64,000 bases of DNA from Squalus acanthias (GCA_030390025.1 CM059443.1:68076001-68140000), one strand, 5' to 3'; positions 12,198 to 24,600 are shown, counted from the stretch's first letter. The notes: generated by a model not told the origin, from the sequence alone. Program-made: numbers and translations.

Positions 12198-13072
12198 GAA
12201 AAGTGTACCCGGGTATGATGGGCACAGTGTGGGCAGGGTAAAGTGTACCCGGGTGTGATGGGCACAGTGTGGGCAGGGTAAAGTGTACCCGGGTGTGATG
12301 AGCACAGTATGGGCAGGGTAAAGTGTACCCGGGTGTGATGGGCACAGTGTGGGCAGGGTAAAGTGTACCCGGGTGTGATGGGCACAGTGTGGGCAGGGTA
12401 AAGTGTACCCGGGTGTGATGGGCACAGTGTGGGCAGGGTAAAGTGTACCCGGGTGTGATGGGCACATTGTGGGCAGGGTAAAGTGTACCCGGGTATGATG
12501 GGCACAGTGTGGGCAGGGTAAAGTGTACCCGGGTGTGATGGTCACAGTGTGGGCAGGGTAAAGTGTACCCGGGTGTGATGGGCACAGTGTGGGCAGTGAA
12601 AAGTGTACCCGGGTGTGATGGGCACAGTGTGGGCAGTGTAAAGTGTATCCGGGTGTGATGGGCACATTGTGGGCAGGGTAAAGTGTACCCAGGTGTGATG
12701 GGCACAGTGTGGGCAGGGTAAAGTGTACCTGGGTGTGATGGGCACAGTGTGGTCAGGGTAAAGTGTACCCGGGTGTGATGGGCACAGTGTGGTCAGGGTA
12801 AAGTGTACCTGGGTGTGATGGGCACAGTGTGGTCAGGGTAAAGTGTACCCAGGTGTGATGGGCACAGTGTGGGCAGGGTAAAGTGTACCTGGGTGTGATG
12901 GGCACAGTGTGGTCAGGGTAAAGTGTACCCGGGTGTGATGGGCACAGTGTGGGCAGGGTAAAGTGTACCCGGGTGTGATGAGCACAGTATGGGCAGGGTA
13001 AAGTGTACCCGGGTGTGATGGGCACAGTGTGGGCAGGGTAAAGTGTACCCGGGTGTGATGGGCACAGTGTGG
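12198..13072. repeat. 40-bp minisatellite, ~22 copies, starting at the exon-5 donor
   Basis: Unit aagtgtacccgggtgtgatgggcacagtgtgggcagggta. Confidence 0.95.
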
Positions 13073-13732
13073 TTCTGTGTACTGGTTGTACGGACAGATT
13101 GACTACATGAAGGAAATGACAGGAATGGAAATGGAGAGCTGGCATGTGATACAGGCGCTCCTGTCTGAGATGTGTAGCTGCTCTCTCGATAAATAGCAGT
13201 CATTGTATTGTGTATACAATAAAACTGGAAGGGCCTGGAGCAGTGGTCACGTGCTGTGCATAGAACGCTCTTTGTGTGCGGCAGGAATGATCACAGTAAA
13301 GTGCGGTCTCTTCCTCGGGGCACTTTAACTATTTACTGCACTTACAGGCTGTGAATCATGGACCTTTCTCCCTCACGTGACTGTCCTTGTGTAGAAGGTT
13401 ATCCAAGTCCAATGTAAATACAAACACATTGCTGAAGAGGTAGCTTTTCTCCAGTGTTTGCTGAATTCTCCTGGGTCGGATATTCACTGGAGCTCTGTGG
13501 AATTGTAACTTTTCATTAAATCTCAGGCTCTCTGAGCAGGAGCTGCTTCAGTTGGCCTCAGTACCCAAGGCTGAGGGTGGGAAATAAAACCAGCTAGGAT
13601 TCCCACTGCAATCCCTATCCCTGCTGGGAATTGTGGGAATGTCTGGTGATGACAGGATTGGGCTTTGCTGTGATACCCCCATGGTTGAATGTCCTGTCGT
13701 CGCCCATTGTCCAATAGCTATTGGGGTGAAAA

Positions 13733-13945
13733 GTAAGAAAGAAAGACTTGCATTTCTGTCGCGCCTTTCACGACCTCAGGACGTCCCAGAGTGCTTTACA
13801 GCCAATGAAGTACTTTTGAAATAAAAACAGAAAATGCTGGAAATACTCAGCAGGTCGGGCAGCATCTGTGGAGAGAGAAACAGAGTTAACGTTTCAGGTC
13901 GATGACCCTTCGTCAGAACTTTTGAAGTGTGGTCACTGTTCTGTG
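13733..13945 (-). mobile_element. 3' fragment of an L2-tailed SINE (DeuSINE/SacSINE1-like), split by a Penelope-like insert
   Basis: aagacttgcatt...cgcctttcacgacctcaggacgtccc...gctttacagccaatgaagtacttttgaa/gtgtggtcactgtt. The family name is from memory. Confidence 0.5.
13821..13917 (-). mobile_element. Short Penelope-like terminal-repeat insertion with minimal hammerhead motif
   Basis: Flanked by acttttgaa direct repeats (13812-13820, 13918-13926). Minus strand reads CTGACGA-A-GGGTC-ATC-GACCT-GAAACGTT. Confidence 0.7.
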
Positions 13946-14474
13946 AGGTGCCTGAGGCTGCTGATGCCTCCCTGTGAGAGGCAGCACCATCTGGTGGTAA
14001 GGGCCAGCGGGTTGGACACATTCCTGGTTCCCACTGAGCATGACGAGTTATTTTGGATCTCCAGGCTACTTTCTATTGACATGTTGGAGTAAATATTTAC
14101 AACCTGAAATCCAGCCTCCGGCCACTGGGGGTGCTGAGCACACTCGCCCGGCTCCGAAAATCCCTGGTTGTGTAAAGTTGTCCAGATGGATTCCCGTGCG
14201 GTTATGGACTAGACTAACTCTACCAAAGAGCCGGCACACTCACGATGGGTCGAATGGCCTCCTTCTGTGCTGTATTTGCAGGAGGAGGGATTGCGTTGGG
14301 ATCAAACCCCTTGGAGAAATGTTGAGGACTGGCTATAAGAGCATGAGATCGGGGCGGGGAGAGCTTCAGAATCCCGGCCATTCAGAATAGAAGTGATGGT
14401 GAGGGAGCAGCCTGGGACCTTAAATAGTTTCTCGTAATAAGGCGCAAGGTCCTACACACTGACTGTCCTGGCAG

Positions 14475-14950
14475 CAACAGCAACTTGTATTTATCCAGCG
14501 CCTTTAACGTGGTTAAAATATCCCAAGGCGCTTCATAGGAGCGTTATCAAACAAAATTTAACACTGAGCCACAAAGGAGATATTAGGACAGGTGACCAAA
14601 AGCTTTGTCAAAGAGTTTTTAAGGAGCGTCTTAAAGGAGGAGAGAGAAGTGGAGAGGTTTAGGGAGGGAATTCCAGAGTTTAGGGCCCAGGCAGCTGAAG
14701 GCACGGCCGCCAATGGTGGAACGATGGAAATTGGGGTGCGCAAGAGGCCAGAATTGGAGAAGCGCAGAGATCTCGGAGGCTTGTAGGGCTGGAGGAGGTT
14801 ACAGAGATAGGGAGGGGCGAGGCCATGGAGGGATTTGAAAACCTGGATGAGAATTTTAAAATCGAGGCATTGCCGAACCGGGAGCCAATGTTGGTCAGCG
14901 AGCACAGGGGTGATGGGTGAACGGGACCTGGTGCGAGTTAGGATACGCAG
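14475..14950 (-). mobile_element. L2 LINE 3' end
   Basis: PITPVLADQHWLPVRQCLDFKILIQVFKSLHGLAPPYLCNLLQPYKPPRSLR followed by an L2-type tail (aaggcgctggataaatacaagttgctgttg). Confidence 0.85.
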
Positions 14951-15263
14951 GTCACTGGACAAGGAGGAGAGTGAAGCTAGACCCTGATAGAGAGCAGCCT
15001 CTTGGCAGTTTACTGGGCTCGTTTGGGGATCAGCAATGAACTTGTGGTCAGAACTGAACTCTGGTGTGTGGCGGGGAAGCACTACCCTTTGGCAGGTTTG
15101 GTGACTGCTGGCAATATGGGAAGTCGCCAAAAGAATTTGGGCCATTCTGTAAAGTTTTGCCCTGACAACCCCACCGTTCCAGGTGAGAAGCCGAGGTCGC
15201 AGTTCAGCTGTTGGTGCCGTTTCCGCAGCCTGTCCTTAACTGTGGATTCCCACTTTGTTCCAG

Positions 15264-15354
15264 ATCTGCCTTGTGATTGCGCATTACTCTCAGCCTAAAG
15301 ATTTGCAGCTGCTGTTTGGGTTTGCATACGCCAGGGAGCAGTGTCAGAATTCAG
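15264..15354 (+). CDS. MTMR10: MTMR10 exon 6
   Basis: ttccag|...G|gtaagg; ICLVIAHYSQPKDLQLLFGFAY. Confidence 0.95.
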
Positions 15355-15579
15355 GTAAGGCAGCGGGAATAGCAGACACTGTGTTACCTGCTGTGCTGGT
15401 GAGGGGTTTGTTCCTGGGGTGTGTTGTTTTGATGGTATTTGTCTCCTTGTATTAGTTTACCTGCCCTGATCAGTCATAGCTTCTTTCGAATAGATTGTGC
15501 TCGTCAATAACCCTTGGTGAGTGAGTGAAGTTTCTGATAGGCTCCTCGACACTCCTGGTAAAAGCAGCGAGAGACTTGG

Positions 15580-15935
15580 CTGTGCAGGCCAGCGAGAGAC
15601 TTGGCTGTGCAGGCCAGCGTGGCCGGGCTCTGTGCAGGCCAGCGTGGCCGGGCTCTGTGCAGGCCAGCGTGGCCGGGCTCTGTGCAGGCCAGCGTGGCCG
15701 GGCTCTGTGCAGGCCAGCGTGGCCGGGCTCTGTGCAGGCCAGCGTGGCCGGGCTCTGTGCAGGCCAGCGTGGCCGGGCTCTGTGCAGGCCAGCGTGGCCG
15801 GGCTCTGTGCTGGCCAGCGTGGCCGGGCTCTGTGCAGGCCAGCGTGGCCGGGCTCTGTCCAGGCCAGCGTGGCCGGGCTCTGTGCAGGCCAGCGTGGCCG
15901 GGCTCTGTGCAGGCCAGCGTGGCCGGGCTCTGTGC
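15580..15935. repeat. 25-bp GC-rich minisatellite, ~13 copies
   Basis: Unit ctgtgcaggccagcgtggccgggct. Confidence 0.93.
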
Positions 15936-16363
15936 TGGGTCTGCTGTCCTCGGCTGTAGGGTTACAATTAGCCTCAGTGCCTCTGGGCGCAGAGGGGATG
16001 ATTCAGCCAGGGCTGCTGATCCTGATCACTGTCAGTGGTCCCATCCCCCCCTTTGGATTGTGTGCCTGGGGATCTTGGGTGAGGACAGGATTGTGGGTCA
16101 GCTGTGACTCCAGTGAGAGTCACTGGACCTGGATCGTATTGCGAATCGATCCCTTCTGGAGATGAGGAAGGAAAATTGCAACAAAAAAATAATTCCCATC
16201 AACGAGAAGAATTTTTCCATAAAACTGTTGCGCTGGTCGGGGGATTGACCCTGTACTCGCGTGGTCCCATATCGACGCTTGATTACAATCGCAGACTTCT
16301 GACTCGAGTTATGTGATGGAAGTGTACGGTAGGATCTCTAAGCCGTGCTCTTCTTGCTCTTAG

Positions 16364-16514
16364 TTGACAGAGTGAATGGAGCAGAGCCGGGAGCAGATGG
16401 ACTGCAGACACCGCTGTTTGAAACCTACTCGGACTGGGACAGGGAGATAAAGCGGACAGGGGCATCGGAGTGGAGAGTCTGTTCTGTCAATGAACACTAT
16501 GTCACTTCCACTAG
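16364..16514 (+). CDS. MTMR10: MTMR10 exon 7
   Basis: tcttag|...AG|gtagga; QTPLFETYSDWDREIKRTGASEWRVCSVNEHY. Confidence 0.93.
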
Positions 16515-16882
16515 GTAGGAAAACCCTCAGTGACATTAACTGTGACTTGGAAACATGCAGCAGTGTGTAACGTGTTTGGATTTCACTGCAAGTGATTCAA
16601 ATATCTAAAGAGCGCAGTAAACGAGGAGCTGGGACGCAGGGGCCGGGGAGGGGAGCCAAGGCTCGGGCCGGGGGAGGAGGGGAGCCAAGGCTCGGGCCGG
16701 GGGAGGAAGGGAGCCTTGGGGCTGGGGGGAGCCCGGTGGTGGGACCAGGTGGGTGGGGGTTAGGTAGGGGGAAGGGTCCAGGGGGTGGGGGTGGGAGCCA
16801 GCTCTGCCTGTATTTAGAGTTTAAAGGTACAAGTACTTTAATGTGACAAGTTTTTTTCTGTTTATTCTGTTGCGGTTTGCAG

Positions 16883-16970
16883 CCTTCCAGAATACTTTGT
16901 CGTTCCAGCTTCCCTGGCAGATGAAGACTTGAAACAGCTGGCTCCTTCTTTCAACGGTGCTCGAATCCCA
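16883..16970 (+). CDS. MTMR10: MTMR10 exon 8
   Basis: ttgcag|...|gtgagt; LPEYFVVPASLADEDLKQLAPSFNGARIP. Confidence 0.93.
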
Positions 16971-17690
16971 GTGAGTGTTGATCTGGAATCACAGTACACA
17001 CACCTTGGTTTGGAAGTTAGTGAATGGGACGCCACAAAGATTTAAACACTTCAGTTGAATCCAGACCTCCAGTTCTGCTGTGTGCAGCACCCATTGGCGT
17101 TGAACTGGATGGTGTTAGGGCCTGGAGCAGCAGCACCATAAGCTCCCTGTGCCTGGATTCTGCTTTCTGTATTTGAGTTACTACTTCGAAAGAAAGTATG
17201 GAACACAGCAGAAAGTACCAGGGCAAGCAAGGAACTGCTTCACTTACACTGCAGGTCAATATGTGCTAGTCTGAGAGACTAGCGAGATTTGGAGAGGAAA
17301 TATCACTGTCACTAGGCAGATCAAACCGAAAGCTCAGATCCTAAATATGGAGTTTATTCCAATAAAAAGCAGTCGGACACAGCCACTCAGTACATGAGGG
17401 GGTGTGTGGGGAGGAGGAGCGCCTGGAATGGACCTGTTCTGGTCACAGTGATTACAGGTGTGAGGCCTGTGATTCGATTCCACCCGAATAGTCCCTTCTG
17501 CCTTCCGTTTGTTAAGCAACAAAGTAGTTTGCAAAATATTCAAAAAAAACAGTAAAACTATTCATCTGGAAATGAGGGCAGTTTGCACATTGTGTAATTA
17601 ATTAATTAATTTTTGGAGTGTCGTGTTTTTAAAAGGAGCAGGGATTGTGATTGAGTGGAAGGTTTAGCTATGCATCTGATTCTGTTGTAG

Positions 17691-17779
17691 ATGTGGTGCT
17701 GGCATCATTGGACTGGCAGTGCACTGGTGAGAATGGCCAACATTAAACCTGGGATCCAGCTGAGAAAACACGACACCAG
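17691..17779 (+). CDS. MTMR10: MTMR10 exon 9
   Basis: ttgtag|...AG|gtaggg; MWCWHHWTGSALVRMANIK. Confidence 0.93.
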
Positions 17780-17865
17780 GTAGGGAGATAATATCGCCAT
17801 CAAAAAGGATAAATTCAGCATTCTAAAATGTGTAACTAGACAAGAGTGAGTCTGAGGAGACTCTC

Positions 17866-18091
17866 CCTGGGGTACAGTTCCTGAAGGTGCTGACTCTCAC
17901 TGGGGTACAGTTCCTGAGGGTGCTGACTCTCACTGGGGTACAGTTCCTGAAGGTGCTGACTCTCACTGGGGTACAGTTCCTGAAGGTGCTGACTCTCACT
18001 GGGGTACAGTTCCTGAAAGTGCTGACACTCACTGGGGTACAGTTCCTGAAAGTGCTGACTCTCACTGGGATACAGTTCCTGAAGGTGCTGG
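17866..18091. repeat. 33-bp minisatellite, ~7 copies
   Basis: Unit ctggggtacagttcctgaaggtgctgactctca; the same unit recurs at 28596-28692. Confidence 0.92.
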
Positions 18092-18196
18092 GTTGCCAGT
18101 AATGTTAATGCTGATGTGTTGCTCAGCTCAGCGCTGACATTGTCTAAATGTGACAGAAAATGCCCTTTGAGCTAAGTCTTCTCCCCTTTTTGTTAG

Positions 18197-18327
18197 GATC
18201 CTTAAGGCGATAGCGCAGAGCCATCCAGAGAAGAGTGAGGTGTTTAAGTCTGATTTGGATAAGAGTTTACCGAGTATCCCGGAGGTGCAGGCAGCGTTGG
18301 TCAGACTCAAGCAGCTGTGCATTAATG
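18197..18327 (+). CDS. MTMR10: MTMR10 exon 10
   Basis: tgttag|...G|gtgagg; ILKAIAQSHPEKSEVFKSDLDKSLPSIPEVQAALVRLKQLCIN. Confidence 0.95.
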
Positions 18328-18799
18328 GTGAGGTGCGATTCAGGTCTTCCCAATATTGTGTTTCTTGTCTGTGTGTCTTTGCCCCCCCAATTCCGCAGGC
18401 ATTCTTTGGATTGTTTTTGGGGGGTTGATTGTGTGTCCGTGTGGTTCCTTGTCTTTGTGATTTTTGGAGTTATGTTGCCTCAGTTGAATGCTCTTGTTTT
18501 GCCAGCTGATGAGCTCCTGTATTGAATGTCTCCAATTGGCCTCAGTGCCCGGGTAGGGGAGCGGGAAACAACGAATCAGCGTTGCTGCCCATTGCCCTCC
18601 AGTGAATCGTGCTGCAGAGTGTGGATGTGGATGTTGGGTCAGGTCAGGAATGGGCCACCATGAAAACACCTCCAACATTGCGACAAGCCCAGCCAACACG
18701 CGCTGTCATGGCTCACTCATTATCAATGGCCACTGGGATGTGAGGTAGTTCCTGTGGAACTGTATCTTTGTAAGGAGTCAGGCGGGTGGGGAACTGGGG

Positions 18800-19350
18800 T
18801 ATGGGAGGGATTGCAGTCATTGTCTTCAGAGCTTGTTTCACCAATGTCCTCCTGGCTGGCCTCTCGTCCTCCACAAACTCCCAACTTACCAATGGTCAGC
18901 TGCCCATAATCTGTCCTGCTCAACCCTGTCCTCATTGACCTACACTGGCTCCCTGTCCCCGACAATATTAAATCTAAAATCATTGCCCTCACCTTCAAAT
19001 TCCCCCATGGCCTTGTGCCGCCCTGTGCCTGCAACCTTCTCTAGTCTTGTATCTTCCCCCTACACCAATGCTTCCTCCCCCTCCCTACCTATACCACTCC
19101 CCCTCCCGGAACCCCGCCGCTTTCCTCATAAACCCTGCCCCTTTTCCTTAAACCCCTCTCCACTTTTTCTCCACCCTTAAAAGCCTTCTGAAAGCCCACC
19201 TACCTTTCTGACCAAACCTTTGGTCACCTTGTCCAGTCCGCACACCATGGCTCCATACCTGCTCCTTTATTCCTTTTATCTATGCCTTAACTTTCCTACT
19301 CACTCCAGTAAAGTGCCTGAGATCTTTTCTACATTAAAGTTGCTATATAA
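18800..19350 (+). mobile_element. Degenerate L2 3' end
   Basis: LIDLHWLPVP...FKFPHGLVPP-like reading and an L2-type tail (acattaaagttgctatataaaagcgagttg). Confidence 0.6.
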
Positions 19351-19547
19351 AAGCGAGTTGGCTACAATTACGCAGTGCAGTGGTTACACCCAGATTAATG
19401 AAAGCGATCAGTTAGATACTTGTAATGTCATTACCAGCAAGCTCCCTACACCCTGTTCCCTAACATCTGCAACCTCTGTGCAGCCTATTGATTAAACAGT
19501 AAATATAAGAGGTGTAATCACACGAATTGTAATCTGTCCCACTGTAG

Positions 19548-19617
19548 ATTTATTTGAAGAAACAGATGAGAAATGGCTGTCCTTGTTAGAAAACACTCGG
19601 TGGCTGGAGTACGTCAG
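19548..19617 (+). CDS. MTMR10: MTMR10 exon 11
   Basis: ctgtag|...AG|gtaaga; LFEETDEKWLSLLENTRWLEYV. Confidence 0.95.
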
Positions 19618-20246
19618 GTAAGAAAGGAAGCAGGAGAGAGAGAGAAGGCCATTCGGCCCATTGAGCCCGTTCATACCCCCACCCCGTATGGCCTTGCCCA
19701 TCGTGGACTCTATGCTGCCCGTTTACTCTCCTGAGAGAAAGCAGAACTCCTCCGATCGATGACCTTGCACCCTTCGCTGTCCTTGATCAGTTGCCTGCCC
19801 TGGTGTGACCTTTCCCTGGACCCAAGAGTGCATCTTGTTCCACACAGCATTCGAACACTTCTACTTCCACTTCCCCTGCTGCTCGTTAATCCTGTCCCTA
19901 ACCAGATAGTTACCCTGCTCTGTTTACGGGTGCTCATGGAGCCAGCATTAACTACTTGAGCTGGGACTACATGCCACACCTCCAGGGACAGACCAGGCAG
20001 TGTGAGGATTTGTCTCAGCACTTGTTCACTCAGAATGTTTTGCCCTTTACAGCAGATGAGAAGATGTTGAGGGTGCGTTTGTGAGCTCCGCACGAGTCAG
20101 CGCCCATACTGCAGCGCCAGCGTCTGCGGGCCCGTACCCCAGCGCGAATCAGCACCCGCGGGACCCGTACCCCAGCGTGAGGGTAGAGACTAAAAGAAAA
20201 TAGTTTTTTTGAGCAGGCTGTCAGTGTGGGCTTTCTGTCTCCACAG

Positions 20247-20317
20247 ACTGTTCCTGAAGCACTCAGCAGAACTCACACAGTGGATGTACAGCAAGAACAT
20301 TTCCGTCATCATTCAGG
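20247..20317 (+). CDS. MTMR10: MTMR10 exon 12
   Basis: ccacag|...G|gtgagt; LFLKHSAELTQWMYSKNISVIIQ. Confidence 0.93.
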
Positions 20318-20623
20318 GTGAGTATTAAATATTTCACGTGGATAATAACAAGCATGCACATTCACAGTACACTCGTGTAAAATATCTCTGGTACACAGAG
20401 CAGTATTCAGGAAAGCAGCTTGAATGTAGCCAGTGCGGCTGAGGTGGTGTTACTGCACCTACTGCACTCTGGTAAATGTGGGGCAGCAACTGCCTGTATC
20501 TACCGGTAACTAGAGAAGCTGCTTGTCACAGACAGACTCCATTCTTTATCAGCTGGTATTTAATAGAGCTCAGTGCTCGCTATGAAGCTTTTCATCCATG
20601 TCGACCTTGTGTTCCGTCACCAG

Positions 20624-20796
20624 AGGAGGAAGGAAGGGACCTGAGCTGTGTGATAGCCTCGATCGTGCAGGTGATGCTGGATCCCCATTTCCGCACCATG
20701 CTGGGATTTCAGAGCCTGATCCAGAAGGAGTGGGTGGTGGCCGGTTACCGCTTTCTGGATCGCTGTAACCACCTCCGGGAATCTGAGAAACACGAG
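20624..20796 (+). CDS. MTMR10: MTMR10 exon 13 (inactive phosphatase signature QEEEGRD)
   Basis: caccag|...GAG|gtgagg; EEGRDLSCVIASIVQVMLDPHFRTMLGFQSLIQKEWVVAGYRFLDRCNHL. Confidence 0.95.
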
Positions 20797-21290
20797 GTGA
20801 GGATTACACCCGCTCTCGCTTAAACTCAGGACATTTAGTTAGTGAGTACAGCCCATGTAGTAAGGCTGGGCCGGGAATTGGACAGACTGCGCTCTCAACA
20901 TAGACCCCCACAATCAGCCTCCAGCTTTAGCAGAAGCTGTAACCCTCCCGGAGTGTCGATCATTACATTTAAATTGCAGGATGGCTCGGACTTGGATTAA
21001 ACTTTTCTATTCTATATGTGAGCCCCACCGTGACTGAGCAGTGTCCGGGATTAGTTTTGACATGACTTCAGTTGGGGAACTCTCTCTCTAACTTTTTGCT
21101 GATCCCATTTTGTGTTCCTTTGGGATTTATTGGGTTGCTGGTAAGATTATTGATCGACACATGCCTGCGATGGTTGAGCTCCAAGAGCGAGGCAGTTCTA
21201 TGTGCGAGCTGCAGCTTGCTGAGATGGTGTGATGTCCTAATTCTGGTGTGAATGTATTAAAGTTAAAGCTGTGTTTCTCTGTGCACTCAG

Positions 21291-21461
21291 TGTCCCCTCT
21301 TCCTGCTCTTCCTGGACTGTGTGTGGCAGCTACTGCAGCAATTCCCAGCCGCCTTCGAGTTCACTGAGACCTACCTGACTGTGTTATACGACAGCTCGCG
21401 GATCCCCCTGTTTGGCACCTTCCTTTTCAACAGCCAATACCAGCGGGTGCAACAGAGCCAG
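21291..21461 (+). CDS. MTMR10: MTMR10 exon 14
   Basis: actcag|...CAG|gtgagt; CPLFLLFLDCVWQLLQQFPAAFEFTETYLTVLYDSSRIPLFGTFLFNS. Confidence 0.95.
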
Positions 21462-21480
21462 GTGAGTGTAACCAGACAGC

Positions 21481-21606
21481 GACTGTTGGGGTTCAAGTCC
21501 CCTCCCCTGAAGGCACTGACTGTTGGGGTTCAAGTCCCCTCCCCTGAAGGCACTGACTGTTGGGGTTCAAGTCCCCTCCCCTGAAGGCACTGACTGTTGG
21601 GGTTCA
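21481..21606. repeat. 37-bp tandem repeat, ~3.4 copies
   Basis: Unit gactgttggggttcaagtcccctcccctgaaggcact. Confidence 0.9.
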
Positions 21607-21665
21607 GATCCTGGGATTCTGGAACACTCCAATGCCTTGCCTAAGTGGATACTGAACCATGAATC

Positions 21666-24600
21666 CCATCTGGTTCACTAATGTCCTTTAGGGAAGGAAA
21701 TCTGCCGTCCTTACCTGGTCTGGCCTATATGTGACTCCAGACCCACAGCAATGTGGTTGACTCTTAACTGCCCTCTGAAATGGCCTAGCAAGTCACTCAA
21801 TTGTAACTAACCGCTACGAAACATAATAAGAATGAAACCGGCATCGACCTCGGCTACGGACATGTCAACGGCACACCCAGCCCAGTCAACCCTGCAAAGT
21901 CCTCCTCACTAACATCTGGGGACTTGTGCCAAAATTGGGAGAGCTGTCCCACAGACTACTCAAGCAACAGCCTGACATAGTCATACTCACAGCATCATAC
22001 CTTTCAGCCAATGTCCCAAACTCCTCTATCACCATCCCTGGGTATGTCCTGTCCCACCAGCAGGACAGACACACCAGGGGTGGCGGCACAGTGGTATACA
22101 GTCGGAAAGGAGTGGCCCTGGGAGTCCGCAACATTGACTCCAGACCCCATGTAGTCTCATGGCTTCAGGTCAAGCATGGGCAAGGAAACCTCCTGCTGAT
22201 TACCACCTACCACCCTCCCTCAGCTGATGAATCAGTACTCCTCCATGTTGAACACCACTTGGAAGAAGCACTGAGAGTAGCAAGGGCACAGAATGTACTC
22301 TGGGTGGGGGATTTCAATGTCCATCACCAAGAGTGGCTCGGTAGCACCACTACTGACCGAGCTGGCCAAGTCCTGAAGGACATAACTGCCAGTCTGGGCC
22401 TGCGACAGATGGTGAGAGAACTTGACCTCGTCCTCACCAATCTACCAGTCGCAGATGCATCTGTCCATGACAGCATTGGTAGCAGTGACCACCGCACAGT
22501 CATTGTGGAGACGAAGTCCCGACTTCACACTGAGGACACCCTCCATCGTGTTGTGTGGCACTACCACCATGCTAAATGGGATAGATTCAGAACAGATCTA
22601 GCAGCTCAAAACTGGGCATCCATGAGGCGCTGTGGGCCATCAGCAGCAGCAGAATTGTATTCCACCACAATCTGTAACCTCATGGTCCGGCATATCCCTC
22701 ACTCTACCATTACCACCAAGCCAGGGGACCAACCCTGGTTCAATAAGGAGTGTAGAAGAGCATCCCAGGAGCAGCACCAGGCGTACCTAAAAATGAGGTG
22801 CCAACCTGGGGAAGCTGCAACACAGGACTACATGCATGCTAAAAAGCAGAAGCAGCATGCTATAGACAGAGCTAAGCGATCCCACAATCAACAGATCAGA
22901 TCAAAGCTCTGCAGTCCTGTCACATCCAGTCGTGAATGGTGGTGGATCATTAAACAACTAACGGGAGGAGGAGGCTTCATGAATATCCCCATCCTCAATG
23001 ATGGTGGAGCCCAGCACGTGAGTGCAAAAGACAAGGCTGAAGCGTTTGCAACCATCTTCAGTCAGAAGTGCCAACTGGATGATCCATATTGGCCTCCTCC
23101 TGAGGTCCCCACCATCACAGAAGCCAGTCTTCAGCCAATTCGATTCACTCCACGTGATATCAAGAAACGGCTGAACGCACTGGGTACAGCAAAGGGTATG
23201 GGCCCCGACAACATCCCGGCTGTCGTACTGAAGACTTGTGCCCCAGAACTAGCCGCGCCTCTAGCCAAGCTGTTCCTGTACAGCTATAACACTGGCATCT
23301 ATCTGACAATGTGGAAAACTGCCCAGGTATGTCCTGTCCACAAAAAGCAGGACAAATCCAATCCGGCCAATTACCGCCCCATCAGTCTACTCTCAATCAT
23401 CAGCAAAGTGATGGAAGGTGTCATCGACAGTGCTATCAAGCGGCACTTACTCACCAATAACCTGCTCACTGATGCCTAGTTTAGGTTCCACCAAGACCAC
23501 TCGGCTCCCGACCTCATTACAGCCTTGGTCCAAACATGGACAAAGGAGCTGAATTCCAGAGGTGAGGTGAGAGTGACTGCTCTTGACATCAAGGCAGCAT
23601 TTGACCGAGTGTGGCATCAAGGAGCCCTAGTAAAACTGAAGTCAATGGGAATCGGGGGGAAAACGCTCCACTGGCTGGAGTCATACCTAGCACAAAGGAA
23701 GATGATTGTGGTGGTTGAAGGTCAATCATCACAGCCCCAGGACATCACTGCAGGAGTTCCTCAGGGTAGTGTCCTAGGCCCAACCATCTTCAGCTGCTTC
23801 ATCAATGACCTTCCCTCCAACATAAGGTCAGAAATGGGGATGTTCGCTGATGACTGCACAGTGTTCAGTGCCATTCACAACTCCTCAGATAATGAAGCAG
23901 TCTATGCCCGCATGCAACAAGACCTGGACGACGTTCAGGCTTGGGTTGATAAGTGGCAGGTAACATTCGTGCCACAGAAGTGCCAGGCAATGACTATCTC
24001 CAACAAGCGAGAGTCTAACCACCTCTCCATAACATTCAATGGCATTACCATCGCCGAATCCCCCACTATAAACATCCTGGGTGTCACCATTAATCAGAAA
24101 CTTAACTGGACCAGCCACATAAATACTGTGGCAACAAGAGCAGGTCAGAGGCTAGGTATTCTGCGGCAAGTGTCTCACCTCCTGACTCCCCAAAGCCTTT
24201 CCACCATCTACAAGGCACAAGTAAGGAGTGTGATGGAATACTCTCCACTTACCTGGATAAGTGCAGCTGCAACAACACTCAAGAAACTCGACACCATCCA
24301 AGACAAAGCAGCCCCTTTGATTGGCACCCCATCCAACCTTAACCTTAACCCCAACCTTAAACATTCACTCCCTCCACCACCAGCGTACCGTGGCTGCAGT
24401 GTGTACCATCTACCAGATGCACTGTAGCAACTCACCAAAGCTTCTTCGGCAGCACCTCCCAAACCCGTGACCTCTTCCACCTAGAAGGACAAAGGCAGCA
24501 AGCGCATGGGAACACCACCACCTCCAAGTCACACACCATCCTGACTTAGAAGTATATCGCCGATCCTTCATCGTCGCTGGGTCAAAATCCTGGAACTCCC

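Noticed and set aside
11989-13203. Long Cys/His-rich ORFs (CPHCAHH repeats) resembling zinc fingers
   Set aside because: They are translations of the 40-bp intronic minisatellite and are open in several frames.
10282-18091. Direct-repeat arrays as possible CRISPR loci
   Set aside because: The units are head-to-tail with no unique spacers, there are no cas genes, and the context is eukaryotic introns.
20305-20650. Missing CX5R catalytic motif in the myotubularin
   Set aside because: Expected: MTMR10 is a known pseudophosphatase with QEEEGRD at this position.
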